Origin: a virus
Direction: 5' to 3' (one strand)
Length of the DNA stretch: 64,000 nt
IMG/VR virus record: IMGVR_UViG_3300042691_030495
Under the pieces are notes generated by a model. The model made no database searches and was not told where the DNA came from. It saw only the letters and a program-made list of their open reading frames with translations. The translations under genes were made by a program, and so were the position numbers. Position 1 is the first letter of the stretch, and every line of letters begins with the position of its first letter. Positions 38,021-47,706 of this stretch are shown here, one piece after another.

Positions 38021-39847
38021 ATGACATCAGGACTAGAGGGAGTTCAGCTAAACCTAGTCAACAGCGTTGATGAGGCTCAAAAGTTTCTGTCCTGGTTGGG
38101 GCAGAGTCGACCGCATAATGCTATTGCTATTGACACTGAAACCGGAGAGCTTCCTGGCAAGCCCCGCGCTCATGCGCTCTCTCCTTGGCACGGCCGCCTG
38201 CGTCTAGTTCAAGTTGGCGACGCTATGACCGGTTGGTCAATCCCCTGGGATCAGTGGAAGGGCGTCTTCTACGAAGCGATGGAAAAATTTGATGGCCCTA
38301 TTGTCTGCCACAATGTCGCCTTCGAAGCCAGATGGTTTGACATTCAATCTGAGTGGTCTATACCTTGGCACCGTGCACACGACACAATGATTATGGCTCA
38401 GCTGCTCGACCCTCTGGGTTCTGGAGCACTGAAAAAGCTAACTCAGCAGTATATAGATCCTCAGGCTGCACGACTTCAAAGTGTTTTGGATGAGGGTCTT
38501 ATGGACAACGGTTGGACTTGGGGATCTGTTCCAGTAATGTTTGAGCCCTACTGGGCCTATGGCGCTTTAGACCCTGTTCTTACGATGCGGCTTTGGGAGA
38601 AGTTCTGGCCTAAATTTGCACCTGGAGCTTCTTACAGCATCCCGTACGAATTAGAAATGAATACTCGTCGAATAGTTACTCGTATGGAGCTAAATGGGGC
38701 ACGCGTAGACTTAGCGTATTCGCAGAAAAAATATGATGAACTTCTTGGCTATACAGATCAAGTAAAAGACTGGGCTAAATCTGCCTACAACGGTCTATCT
38801 ATTGGAAGTAACCAACAACTAGTTCAGCAGTTTGAAGAGTTAGGCGCTGAGATTACGGAGCGCACGGAGACCGGTCAAAAGTCTGCTTCGGCGGACCAGC
38901 TAAAATTCTTAGTGATCAATGGCACCCCTGAGATTAAGCAACTTGCAGAGACGGCACTTAAGTATAGAAAAGCTGGAAAACTTGCAAGCACGTATTTCTT
39001 AAACTTCTTAAATGACAACGTAGATGGCTTTGTTCACCCATCTGTAAAGACTATGGGTGCTCGTACCGGACGTATGTCAATTCAAAACCCTGCTCTGCAA
39101 ACTCTACCTAAGGGTGACGACACAGTGCGCAGAGCGTTCCTACCAAAAGATGATGACCACGTAATTGTAACTTCCGACCTTGACCAGGTTGAGTTTAGAA
39201 TGTTTGCATCCTTGTCTAAAGATCCAAACCTAATTCAGCTTTTTAATCTTGCAGATGCAACTGGATCGGATCCGTTTACGGAAATTGGTAGAGAGATATA
39301 CCAAGATCCAGGTATGCAAAAATCAGACAAGCGACGTGCACTAATTAAGGGAGTAGTGTACGGACGTCTTTACGGCGCTGGTGTTGCTAAGCAGGCTTTG
39401 ACCGCCGGTGTTCCGGAAGAGCAGATGCGTGCGGTGTCTAATGCTTTTGATAAAAGATTCCCAGGGATGCAAAGATTCCAACGCGAGATAGAAGATCAAG
39501 GGATGCGCAAGCTTCAGTCAGAAGGCCAGGGGTATGTCAATACTTGGACTGGTAGAAGAATCCCCTGTGACGACGATCGTGTCTATACTCTTGTTAACTA
39601 TCTGATTCAAGGTGGTGCTGCAGAAGTCTTTAAGTCAAATCTTATAAAACTTGACCAAGCCGATCTGACTGAATATTTGATTGTGCCTGTTCACGATGAA
39701 ATTGTTCTGAACGCTCCTAGAGGTGAAGCAGAGGAGATAAAGAAGATTGTTAAGCAGTGCATGACAACGGCAGGCCAGCTTTGGAAGGTCCCTCTTACCG
39801 CTGATGTTGACGGTCCTCTAGAAAACTGGGGCTCAAAATATGCGTAA
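38021..39847 (+). CDS. polA: DNA polymerase family A
   Basis: Exo IAIDTETG, TGRMS..NP.LQ, motif A DLDQVEFR, motif B KGVVYGRLYG, motif C VHDE. Confidence 0.95.
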   Translation: MTSGLEGVQLNLVNSVDEAQKFLSWLGQSRPHNAIAIDTETGELPGKPRAHALSPWHGRLRLVQVGDAMTGWSIPWDQWKGVFYEAMEKFDGPIVCHNVAFEARWFDIQSEWSIPWHRAHDTMIMAQLLDPLGSGALKKLTQQYIDPQAARLQSVLDEGLMDNGWTWGSVPVMFEPYWAYGALDPVLTMRLWEKFWPKFAPGASYSIPYELEMNTRRIVTRMELNGARVDLAYSQKKYDELLGYTDQVKDWAKSAYNGLSIGSNQQLVQQFEELGAEITERTETGQKSASADQLKFLVINGTPEIKQLAETALKYRKAGKLASTYFLNFLNDNVDGFVHPSVKTMGARTGRMSIQNPALQTLPKGDDTVRRAFLPKDDDHVIVTSDLDQVEFRMFASLSKDPNLIQLFNLADATGSDPFTEIGREIYQDPGMQKSDKRRALIKGVVYGRLYGAGVAKQALTAGVPEEQMRAVSNAFDKRFPGMQRFQREIEDQGMRKLQSEGQGYVNTWTGRRIPCDDDRVYTLVNYLIQGGAAEVFKSNLIKLDQADLTEYLIVPVHDEIVLNAPRGEAEEIKKIVKQCMTTAGQLWKVPLTADVDGPLENWGSKYA

Positions 39848-39944
39848 AAAACGTAATATTGGCTACCCTTGCAGGAGACATCGAGTCAGGTTTACTGGCA
39901 GCTATTGCCCCCAGTGCTACCTAGAGAGGCAGGCAAAAAGATGA
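39840..39944 (+). CDS. 34-aa basic zinc-finger microprotein (not in ORF track)
   Basis: MRKKRNIGYPCRRHRVRFTGSYCPQCYLERQAKR; overlaps polA stop and ATGA-coupled to next gene. Confidence 0.6.
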   Translation: MRKKRNIGYPCRRHRVRFTGSYCPQCYLERQAKR

Positions 39945-40408
39945 CTAAATACGTGCTATCCGTAGACCCTGGGAAGGCCACTGGAATGGCCCTATTTAGC
40001 CTCCAGACGGGCCAGGAGCCCGTTTTAGAGTGGTCTGGGGAGTTCCAACAGCATGAATATGCAGAGCCTATACGGGCCGTTTTGAGCAACCCGGAGATGG
40101 CTGAAAACCTGTCTATAGTGTGCGAGCGCTTCACCATAAATGCCCAGACCTTGCGTAATTCTCAGTCGCCCTATAGCCTAGAGCAGATAGGGATTTTAAA
40201 GCAGTGCATGTTAGACGCTGGCCGGCAGCCAGAGGATATAGTTTTTCAGGCTCCTGCTGATGCCAAGGCCATGTTCCCGAACGAGGCTTTAAAGTTTCTA
40301 GAGTATTGGCACCGTGGAGGAGAGGGTCACGCATTAGATGCTATTCGACACGCTCTACTAAGACTTGTAAAACTTGGCTGGAAACCAATAAAGTTGCTAG
40401 AAAGATAG
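39941..40408 (+). CDS. RuvC-like Holliday junction resolvase
   Basis: VLSVDPGKATG, IVCERF, HALDAIRH; start corrected to ATG 39941. Confidence 0.75.
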   Translation: MTKYVLSVDPGKATGMALFSLQTGQEPVLEWSGEFQQHEYAEPIRAVLSNPEMAENLSIVCERFTINAQTLRNSQSPYSLEQIGILKQCMLDAGRQPEDIVFQAPADAKAMFPNEALKFLEYWHRGGEGHALDAIRHALLRLVKLGWKPIKLLER

Positions 40409-40425
40409 GTATTATCAAAAAACAG

Positions 40426-40454
40426 TTGCACGAAACATTTTTTTCTGATAATAT
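40426..40454 (+). promoter_or_regulatory. SigA-type promoter
   Basis: TTGCAC-17bp(TG)-TAATAT upstream of helicase; GGAGG SD. Confidence 0.65.
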
Positions 40455-40484
40455 ATAAATACGAAATGACGAGATGGAGGCCTA

Positions 40485-42302
40485 GTGCCTGTTTATGTTG
40501 AACTTGATGAGTCCGCTGATCATATCCAAATTAACGCTGAGTGGCGACTAAAGGAGATATGTAGAGCGCTTCCTGGTTCTGCTTGGAGTGCTAAAGATCA
40601 AGTTTGGCGTATTCCTGTATCGTGGACTGGCTGCTTAGCCTTACGATCTACTTTTAAAGATGAGCTGACTATTGGTCCTCGGCTAGCCGCCTGGGCTAAG
40701 AGTGAGAGAGAATCTCGAATAGACCCAAGTAATCTTCTTAGGGACATAGAAGAGCAGTCTGAGGGAGACGCCGATCTTTTCCCACATCAGAGAGCTGGTG
40801 TAGATTTTCTTGTTAAGTCTCGTAGAGCGCTCCTTGCAGATGAGCCCGGACTAGGTAAAACCGCTCAGGCTATTCGAGCTCTAAAGAAGATGTTTGATGC
40901 CGGAGACGAAGTTTTCCCTGCGCTCATTGTTTGCCCAAACACCCTAAAGAGTAACTGGGAACGAGAGTTCGATAGGTGGTGGCCCGGAGTAAACGTTTCT
41001 GTTGTTAAGGGCAGTGCCACGCAGAGGCGAAAAGCTTTTGAGGAAAAAGCCGATGTCTATGTAATTAACTGGGAGTCATTGCGAACTCACTCTAAGTTGC
41101 TTTCTTATGGGTCTATAGCACTTGCTAGATGTGAAGACTGCGGTGGGCACGACTCACGAGTCACCCTAGCCAGGTGTGAGGTGCACCCTCGTGAGCTAAA
41201 CCTTATTGACTTTAGGTCCGTAGTTGCTGATGAGATTCACAGATCTAAGGACCCCAAAAGCAAGCAGACTAGAGCGCTTTGGGCCGCAACAGGTACCGCA
41301 GATATTAGGTATGCACTTACTGGAACCCCCATTGCTAATGACGTAGTTGACTTGTGGCCCATCCTTCATTGGCTAGATCCTAGAGAGTGGCCGAGCAAAA
41401 CCAAGTGGATTGACCGATACGTAAACACCATGATAAACGCCTTCGGCGGAATGATGGTTATCGGCCTAAAGCCAGCCATGACAGATGAGTTCTATGCTGG
41501 CATCAATCCTCGTATGCGTCGCATGTTGAAAGCCAAGGTTCTGCCTTGGCTACCTAAGGTTATGACCGAGCGCCGTGACGTCGAGATGGGCGCTAAGCAG
41601 CTCAAGGCTTATAAGCAGATGCTAGAAAACATGATTGCCATGCTGGGAGCCGACGAAGACTCCGGTCTTACTGGAGATGCTTTAGTTGCCCCCAACCCAC
41701 TGACTCAAACGTTACGTCTGCTTCAGTTTGCTAGCGCCTATGCCCAGATAGAGGTTTCTGAGTCTGGAGAAGAAAAAGTAATATTGTCAGACCCGTCCTG
41801 TAAAGTCGATGCTCTTATGGATGACATGGAAAATGGCGATTTTGGGGACGACTCTGTAGCTGTTTGCGCGGTATCTAGGCAGCTTATCGAGCTACTAAGT
41901 GCCCGACTAACAAAAGAAGGGATATCCCACGGTCTTATTACTGGTGCTCAAGACGCCGATGAGAGACAAAAATCTATTGATGACTTCCAGAACGGTAAGA
42001 CTAAGTGGATCCTTTTCACTGCCCAGGCGGGTGGTGTTGGAGTTACCTTGACAAAGGCACGTCGTCTTGTTATGCTTCAAAGACCATGGTCTCTTGTCGA
42101 CTATCGTCAGGCTCTAGATAGAGTTCACCGAATCGGCTCTGAGATCCATGACTCAATTATTATCACCGATTACGTTACAGAAGGCAGCATAGAAGAAAGA
42201 GTTATCGAAGCTCTAGATGTTAAGTCAGACAACTTCGACGAAATAGTTAAAGATAGAGCAAAACTACTTGAGATGCTAAAGAACGGAATGCCGAATACAT
42301 AA
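40485..42302 (+). CDS. SNF2-family DNA helicase
   Basis: LADEPGLGKT, DEIH, LTGTP, GVGVTL, QALDRVHRIG; Cys/His insertion. Confidence 0.92.
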   Translation: MPVYVELDESADHIQINAEWRLKEICRALPGSAWSAKDQVWRIPVSWTGCLALRSTFKDELTIGPRLAAWAKSERESRIDPSNLLRDIEEQSEGDADLFPHQRAGVDFLVKSRRALLADEPGLGKTAQAIRALKKMFDAGDEVFPALIVCPNTLKSNWEREFDRWWPGVNVSVVKGSATQRRKAFEEKADVYVINWESLRTHSKLLSYGSIALARCEDCGGHDSRVTLARCEVHPRELNLIDFRSVVADEIHRSKDPKSKQTRALWAATGTADIRYALTGTPIANDVVDLWPILHWLDPREWPSKTKWIDRYVNTMINAFGGMMVIGLKPAMTDEFYAGINPRMRRMLKAKVLPWLPKVMTERRDVEMGAKQLKAYKQMLENMIAMLGADEDSGLTGDALVAPNPLTQTLRLLQFASAYAQIEVSESGEEKVILSDPSCKVDALMDDMENGDFGDDSVAVCAVSRQLIELLSARLTKEGISHGLITGAQDADERQKSIDDFQNGKTKWILFTAQAGGVGVTLTKARRLVMLQRPWSLVDYRQALDRVHRIGSEIHDSIIITDYVTEGSIEERVIEALDVKSDNFDEIVKDRAKLLEMLKNGMPNT

Positions 42303-43240
42303 TGACAACTACAGAACCAATCAGAATCTCTAACTCAGAGATTCAAACATTCAAAGACTGCCGACGTCGTTGGTGGCTAACTTACTACCGCCGGTTGCGT
42401 CCTAAGATGCAAGACTTTACTGGTGCTCTCGCTTTGGGGTCTCGCATTCACGAAGCCCTGGATCGTTATTACTCGACCGGCCAGCCCTTACTGGATGCAC
42501 ACGCTGATTTAGTGAAGGAAGACCTAAAGAAACTCACTGACGAGTACCGTGACACAAGCAGCTTGGAAACTGAAGCAGAGCTGGGACGCGTGATGCTAGA
42601 AGGCTACCTAGAGTGGGTAGAGCTTGAGGGCATTGATGCTGAGCTTGAGATGATCTCTACAGAAGAAATTCTTGAGCGTCCAATGATGGATGGCAAGGTT
42701 ATTCTTCAGGGAAAGATTGATATGCGCGTCCGTCGTAAGATCGACGGGGCTCGCATGATTCGTGACTTCAAAACTGTTGGTGGATCCTTCTCTGACTTTG
42801 GTGCTATGGCTCACATGAATGAGCAGGTCAAGACTTACATGCTTCTGGACGAAGTTCAGAGTGCAGAAGATGGCAATAGAACTGACGGTGCTATCTTCAC
42901 AATGCTTCGTAAAGTAAAGCGCGGTGCTTATGCTAAGCCACCGTTCTACGATCAGATTGAAGTACGCCACAACAGATTTACATTAAGAGCTTTTCTAGAG
43001 CAACTAGAAGGCACACTCGAAGACATGCTACGCGTCCGCGACGCGTTGGATGCTGGAGAGAGCCACTACAAAAATGCATACCCTACTCCAAGTAAGGACT
43101 GCAAGTGGAAGTGCCAATTCTTCGCTACTTGCCCGCTATTCGACGACGGTTCCGCCGCCGAAGCAGCAATTAGTGATGCGTTCGTGGTCGCCGACCCGTA
43201 CGGTTATTATCAATCAAGTGAACAGAAAGGAAGTGAGTAA
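42302..43240 (+). CDS. Cas4/RecB-like PD-(D/E)XK exonuclease
   Basis: C near N-terminus, GKID, DFKT, C.W.CQF...C Fe-S cysteines. Confidence 0.85.
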   Translation: MTTTEPIRISNSEIQTFKDCRRRWWLTYYRRLRPKMQDFTGALALGSRIHEALDRYYSTGQPLLDAHADLVKEDLKKLTDEYRDTSSLETEAELGRVMLEGYLEWVELEGIDAELEMISTEEILERPMMDGKVILQGKIDMRVRRKIDGARMIRDFKTVGGSFSDFGAMAHMNEQVKTYMLLDEVQSAEDGNRTDGAIFTMLRKVKRGAYAKPPFYDQIEVRHNRFTLRAFLEQLEGTLEDMLRVRDALDAGESHYKNAYPTPSKDCKWKCQFFATCPLFDDGSAAEAAISDAFVVADPYGYYQSSEQKGSE

Positions 43241-44004
43241 TGAGTAATGCAGTTGATCGCAGTTTAACAATTATGGTTTATGGCGAATCAAAGGTTGGCA
43301 AGTCCAGCTTTGCTGTAACAGCTCCATACCCACGCCTAATGCTTGATGTTGAGGGAGGCCATCGCTTCCTACCAATCAATGTTAAGTACTGGGACCCTTT
43401 GACTGAAGAACCTCCACAGGCAGACGGGACTTGGGACACTGTTGTGGTCCAGGTCCGTGACTACGATGTAGTCATTAAAGCTTTCCAGTGGCTTCAGTCA
43501 GGTAAGCACCAGTTCAAGTCCTTGATCATCGACTCAATCTCTGAGTTGCAGGTCAAGTGCATGGACAATATTGCAGGGACCGAACAAATGAAGATGCAGC
43601 AGTGGGGCGAGCTACTTCGCCACATGGGTGCACTACTTCGTGACCTTCGTGACCTAACAATGCACCCAACTCAGCCTCTTGAGGCTGTAGTGCTGACTGC
43701 TATGGCTCGTAAGGGTCAGGATGGCGTATACCGTCCTTATCTGCAGGGTCAGCTAGCAATTCAGGCCCCGTATTTCTACGACATCCTGGGAGCTATCACG
43801 GTAGAAACTATGCCAAACCCAGATCCACTTCAGCCTCCTTATCAGGTGCGTCGCATGTATGTTGAGCGCACACCTGAGTATGAAGCCGGAGAACGTGTTC
43901 AGGGTCGTCTAGGGAAAATCGTAGAGCAGGGCGATCTCGGCGTAGAACGCATGCTCGACATGGTCTTCGGAGCGAAGGCTACAACAAGTAAGAAATCAAG
44001 TTAA
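43240..44004 (+). CDS. AAA_24 / Sak4-like ATPase recombinase
   Basis: YGESKVGKS, LDVEGG, IIDSISE. Confidence 0.8.
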   Translation: MSNAVDRSLTIMVYGESKVGKSSFAVTAPYPRLMLDVEGGHRFLPINVKYWDPLTEEPPQADGTWDTVVVQVRDYDVVIKAFQWLQSGKHQFKSLIIDSISELQVKCMDNIAGTEQMKMQQWGELLRHMGALLRDLRDLTMHPTQPLEAVVLTAMARKGQDGVYRPYLQGQLAIQAPYFYDILGAITVETMPNPDPLQPPYQVRRMYVERTPEYEAGERVQGRLGKIVEQGDLGVERMLDMVFGAKATTSKKSS

Positions 44005-44012
44005 GGAAGTAA

Positions 44013-44543
44013 ATGAGTACAATTAACTGGGCAGACCTCGTTCAAAAAGCGGGCGATGCTGGAGGAAGCACAAACTACGAACCACTACCAGATGGTGATT
44101 ACGAGCTGAAGGTGATTCAAGCCGAAGCTACTATGACCAAGACTGGCAAGGTCATGTTTAAGGTAACTAACGAGGTGCAAGGCGGTCCGTTCGCTAAGCG
44201 TCGCGTTTGGGATCAGCTAGTTGTCACAACCGACAACCCTAAGGCTATGAACATGTTCTTCATGAAGGCTAGCGCGATGGGACTAGGACGTACCTTCTGG
44301 GATGCAAACCCTAGCAATGCTCAGGTTGAGCAGGCACTAAACGGTAGAACCTTCCGTGCAACCCTTGGAAAGCGCACCTACAATGGCACAGAAAGTAACG
44401 AAATCAAGCGTTACTTCCCAAACCAGGGCGCTGTTGCAACTCCTTCAGCTACAACTGCTGGAGCTGCAGTTCCACCACCACCACCAGCACCACCAGCAGC
44501 ACCAGCACCATCTTCACCAATAACTGCTGAAGAGCCGTTCTAA
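44013..44543 (+). CDS. single-stranded DNA-binding protein (DUF669-like)
   Basis: PLPDGDY, NEIK, Pro-rich tail ending EEPF; follows Sak4-like gene. Confidence 0.8.
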   Translation: MSTINWADLVQKAGDAGGSTNYEPLPDGDYELKVIQAEATMTKTGKVMFKVTNEVQGGPFAKRRVWDQLVVTTDNPKAMNMFFMKASAMGLGRTFWDANPSNAQVEQALNGRTFRATLGKRTYNGTESNEIKRYFPNQGAVATPSATTAGAAVPPPPPAPPAAPAPSSPITAEEPF

Positions 44544-44554
44544 ATAAATAGCTA

Positions 44555-44584
44555 GGCGGGGCATCTTATTGGTGCCCCGCTTTT
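44555..44584 (+). terminator. intrinsic terminator
   Basis: GCGGGGCATC-TTATT-GGTGCCCCGC-TTTT. Confidence 0.8.
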
Positions 44585-44601
44585 GCTAGCTAAGGATTGA
44601 C

Positions 44602-45603
44602 ATGAAAGTTTTATTTACAGGGATGGCATCATCTCACTGCCATCCACGAGAAAATGTAAGTTTTTTTGGCACTCTTGCAGAAGCTGTAGGGGAGTTTGCT
44701 GAAGTTACTTGGGCCACCCCTAAGATTTCTTGGACTAAGTCCGATCTTGAGAAGTTTGACTTTATATTTTTAGGTTTTATACCACCCACAGCCATGAGCG
44801 CTAATAAAATCTATGGCGCTATGCACGTTTTAGGTTTAATGTTTGACTCACCGAAGCTTCGTCTTGTCGCTGATAGCCAACAGATTTGGCAATATAAAAA
44901 CAGCATAAACCACATTAAAAAAGATGTTTCTAGACTCTTTGATCGTTTTTACTCAAAAAGAGCTGAATACAAACGTGCAAAAGATTCTTTAAAATACACT
45001 AAGATAGAGGTTGCAGCCGAAAAACTTGACTCTAGTGTGTGGCCTATAACTTATTATCCTGCCCTACCTTGGACCGAATCTGCTGTTGCTGCAAGATCTT
45101 TAGGGTTCAGCCTAGAAAAAAGACTTGTTGGTCTAAATCTTGACTCTATGTTAATAAACCCGGAACCCATCGATATGTCAGAGAAAGCCCCGTTTTGGTC
45201 TGTAGTGCCTAGTGACGGAAAATGGCTTAAAAAGGTGGACCCATTTATTTTTCGTCCTCTAATTCAGACAGTAGTTCACGACGAGACTTCACTAAAGACA
45301 ATAAAAGACTCTCTAGGGCTACTAGTTCCACCTCAGGATAGGAATCTTGGGACTTGGTGGAACTATCGATATATACAGGCTCTTAACTCAAACACACCAA
45401 TTGTCACAGACTGGACAACTATTAGGGACTTTGATCCTTCCTGGTCCTATCTTGCTTACCAGATTGAAGAAATGTCACCACTAGAGAGGCTGTCGGTGGC
45501 AAAAAACCAGTTGGAATCATACCGTAGTTCCATAAAAACTAAAAATCAGTCAATTGATAGCCTTAGAGAGGCTATACTAGACTTAAGCTTAGAGAGGATA
45601 TAA
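44602..45603 (+). CDS. putative GT-B fold glycosyltransferase
   Basis: N-terminal MKVLFTG beta strand; C-terminal WWNYRYIQALNSNTPIVTD resembling GT-B donor-binding region. Confidence 0.5.
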   Translation: MKVLFTGMASSHCHPRENVSFFGTLAEAVGEFAEVTWATPKISWTKSDLEKFDFIFLGFIPPTAMSANKIYGAMHVLGLMFDSPKLRLVADSQQIWQYKNSINHIKKDVSRLFDRFYSKRAEYKRAKDSLKYTKIEVAAEKLDSSVWPITYYPALPWTESAVAARSLGFSLEKRLVGLNLDSMLINPEPIDMSEKAPFWSVVPSDGKWLKKVDPFIFRPLIQTVVHDETSLKTIKDSLGLLVPPQDRNLGTWWNYRYIQALNSNTPIVTDWTTIRDFDPSWSYLAYQIEEMSPLERLSVAKNQLESYRSSIKTKNQSIDSLREAILDLSLERI

Positions 45604-46041
45604 ATGCCAGAATTAAACCATGAATGGATAAAACAGCAGCTAGAGACTGCCAAAGTTAAGGTCGGGTCAGGTAAAGCGATACTCAAGCTGCTAAGCACTT
45701 GGGAAGAGCTGCCAGCGCTGTCTCCAGCCATCCTTAAAGAAGTTTTAGAGGTGTTCCCAAAACTAGTTTTAGGTGAGCCGTTGACTCAAGAGCAGTCTGA
45801 AGATAATTACTACTGGATTGATCTACAACCGGGAAGTATTACTGTTGGAGACATTGTTAGAGTCAAGCAAGATGCATTTTTAGAGAAGCTAGGCACTATC
45901 CACAATGGAAGACGCGGAGTAGTAGTTGGCGTTAGATATGGTGACGTAATTTTTAACGACACTGACGGCAAAAACCCGCCACTTAAGGGCGTTCACTACT
46001 CCCCATACAAGCTAGAAAAACGACTTAGAAAAGCTAACTAA
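45604..46041 (+). CDS. hypothetical protein with SH3/KOW-like C-terminus
   Basis: VGDIVRVK..NGRRGVVVGV. Confidence 0.7.
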   Translation: MPELNHEWIKQQLETAKVKVGSGKAILKLLSTWEELPALSPAILKEVLEVFPKLVLGEPLTQEQSEDNYYWIDLQPGSITVGDIVRVKQDAFLEKLGTIHNGRRGVVVGVRYGDVIFNDTDGKNPPLKGVHYSPYKLEKRLRKAN

Positions 46042-46289
46042 TGAGAACAAGTTTTGAGCTTAAAATTGCAGCTAAAAACATAACTGAAGCAAAAGAACTT
46101 GCAATTAGGGAAGTAGGATCTTTTCTTGAGATACCCGATAATGATGTTTTAGACGAAGTTAGTCTAGAGCTTAAAGTCTCATATCCAGAGGGAAAAACTT
46201 TAACTGAAATTGAAGAAAATATGGATAGCCCTAAACTTGTCGTCACAGTATACGGGTCAGTAAAACAGAGTGTTGTAAAGCCTTTTTAG
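46041..46289 (+). CDS. hypothetical protein
   Basis: Coupled ORF. Confidence 0.65.
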   Translation: MRTSFELKIAAKNITEAKELAIREVGSFLEIPDNDVLDEVSLELKVSYPEGKTLTEIEENMDSPKLVVTVYGSVKQSVVKPF

Positions 46290-46295
46290 GCTTAC

Positions 46296-46324
46296 TTGAC
46301 TTTTTTCTTGACATTAGGTATATT
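46296..46324 (+). promoter_or_regulatory. SigA-type promoter
   Basis: TTGACT-17bp-TATATT; AAGGAG SD downstream. Confidence 0.7.
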
Positions 46325-46352
46325 CTAAATAGCTTTTTGAAAGGAGCTATTT

Positions 46353-46841
46353 ATGCAAACATTTGTTCCCGTTACTAACTCGTTTGAAGACATAGCAAAG
46401 GTGCTAGACAACAAACGCCTCAATAAGCAAGCCTTAGAGGGTTGGCAAATTCTTATGAATCTACTACAGCTTGATCCGCAAGGGCAACATAGGGTTTCTA
46501 AGGGTTGGTCAAATCACCCGGCTGTAAAAATGTGGAAAGGTCATGAGACCGCACTCTACTTATATATCCAAGCTATGGTTGCAGAGTGGAAACAGCGTGG
46601 CTACAAATCTACTATTGGCGACAAAGCAAAAGCTACTATGTCCACTGCTCTAAATCTAGGACTACTGCCTGAAACAGCTTGCAATCCTCGGTGGATATCT
46701 TCTAGTGAACTATTTTCTCAAGTAGCCTCTAGTCATAGGTTAGCGTTGCTTAATAAAGATTACGAGTGGTATTCTCAGTTTAAGTGGCCCGAAGATTGTG
46801 GGGTTAGGCCAGAAACCTACGAATATGTCTGGCCAGTTTAA
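46353..46841 (+). CDS. pyrimidine dimer DNA glycosylase / endonuclease V family (MSMEG_6728-like)
   Basis: MQTF.P, LD.KRL.KQ..E, HPAVKMW.G, SHR..LL.KD..WY. Confidence 0.85.
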   Translation: MQTFVPVTNSFEDIAKVLDNKRLNKQALEGWQILMNLLQLDPQGQHRVSKGWSNHPAVKMWKGHETALYLYIQAMVAEWKQRGYKSTIGDKAKATMSTALNLGLLPETACNPRWISSSELFSQVASSHRLALLNKDYEWYSQFKWPEDCGVRPETYEYVWPV

Positions 46842-46889
46842 TTTGTAGTATACGGTATAGTATGTAGCACTCAGATCTAGAATTGTAGT

Positions 46890-47237
46890 ATGAAAGATTC
46901 TAGAATCGGCGAGTGCCTTTGGTCCATCTGGGAGGGTGAAGGCTACCGTCCTGAACTTCCCTATGCCATCGTCTACTACACTGAAGACCACGTTGATCTA
47001 GAAGAAGAAGTTGTACGCAAAGCTTTGGCTTCTTCTATTCAAAGAGATGGTATTGTCTACTCTCTTGCTCAGGCATACGGAGCTATAGATGCTGGCTTTG
47101 TGTCTCAGGGGTGGGTAGGAACCTCTAGTGGCGCAATGTACGAAGAAGTTTGCGCTGAAGACGGGCTAGACTCCTCTGGTTCTGCTTTAGACAAAGTAGT
47201 ATCTGTAACTTTTGTCGAGGTGCCGGAGCTTGTTTAG
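46890..47237 (+). CDS. hypothetical protein, probably leaderless
   Basis: TAGAAT (46878-46883) 6 nt before ATG. Confidence 0.7.
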   Translation: MKDSRIGECLWSIWEGEGYRPELPYAIVYYTEDHVDLEEEVVRKALASSIQRDGIVYSLAQAYGAIDAGFVSQGWVGTSSGAMYEEVCAEDGLDSSGSALDKVVSVTFVEVPELV

Positions 47238-47706
47238 TTCAGAAGATTGGCATGAAGACGCGGAGTGCGCTAAGCCTAAAAATGCAGAATTTATAGATAA
47301 TTTTTTTGCAAATAAACCAGCACAGCAATATCAGGCAAAAAAACTTTGTGGTATTTGCCCAGTCAGACGAGAGTGCGCTCAGTGGGCTCTCAATGAGAAA
47401 CAGCTTTGGGGTATTTGGGGTGGACTAGATTACAAAGACATTAGACGAACTCTTTCAGTCAACTGGGAGGGTCAAGAAATGCGTCACAAAAGATTCCCGT
47501 TATGCCCGGGCTGCAAAGCAAAAACAAAATACTTAGAAAGCTCTACAGTTGATCGGCCAGACGGAGGGCGATGGTCCACTATGAGAGTAGTAACCTGCAC
47601 TAAATGTAAATTTACTTGGCAAAGTCGCACAAGTGCTAATGCAGTAGACGCTTATTTTGCTTTAGAGGCTAAGAAGCAACAGCAGCACGATAGTAAATCA
47701 GATTAG
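47230..47706 (+). CDS. whiB: WhiB family transcription factor with C-terminal zinc ribbon
   Basis: W...AEC..FF..AK.LC..CPVR.EC..WAL..WGIWGG; CPGC...CTKC; TTG start after GAGG (47212 alternative). Confidence 0.9.
   Translation: MFSSEDWHEDAECAKPKNAEFIDNFFANKPAQQYQAKKLCGICPVRRECAQWALNEKQLWGIWGGLDYKDIRRTLSVNWEGQEMRHKRFPLCPGCKAKTKYLESSTVDRPDGGRWSTMRVVTCTKCKFTWQSRTSANAVDAYFALEAKKQQQHDSKSD

Noticed and set aside
39869-39940. Track starts at 39869, 26034, 50777, 60131, 62636 and 63085
   Set aside because: Better-supported starts at 39941, 26091, 50846, 60116 and 62606; the 63085 frame is open to the window end
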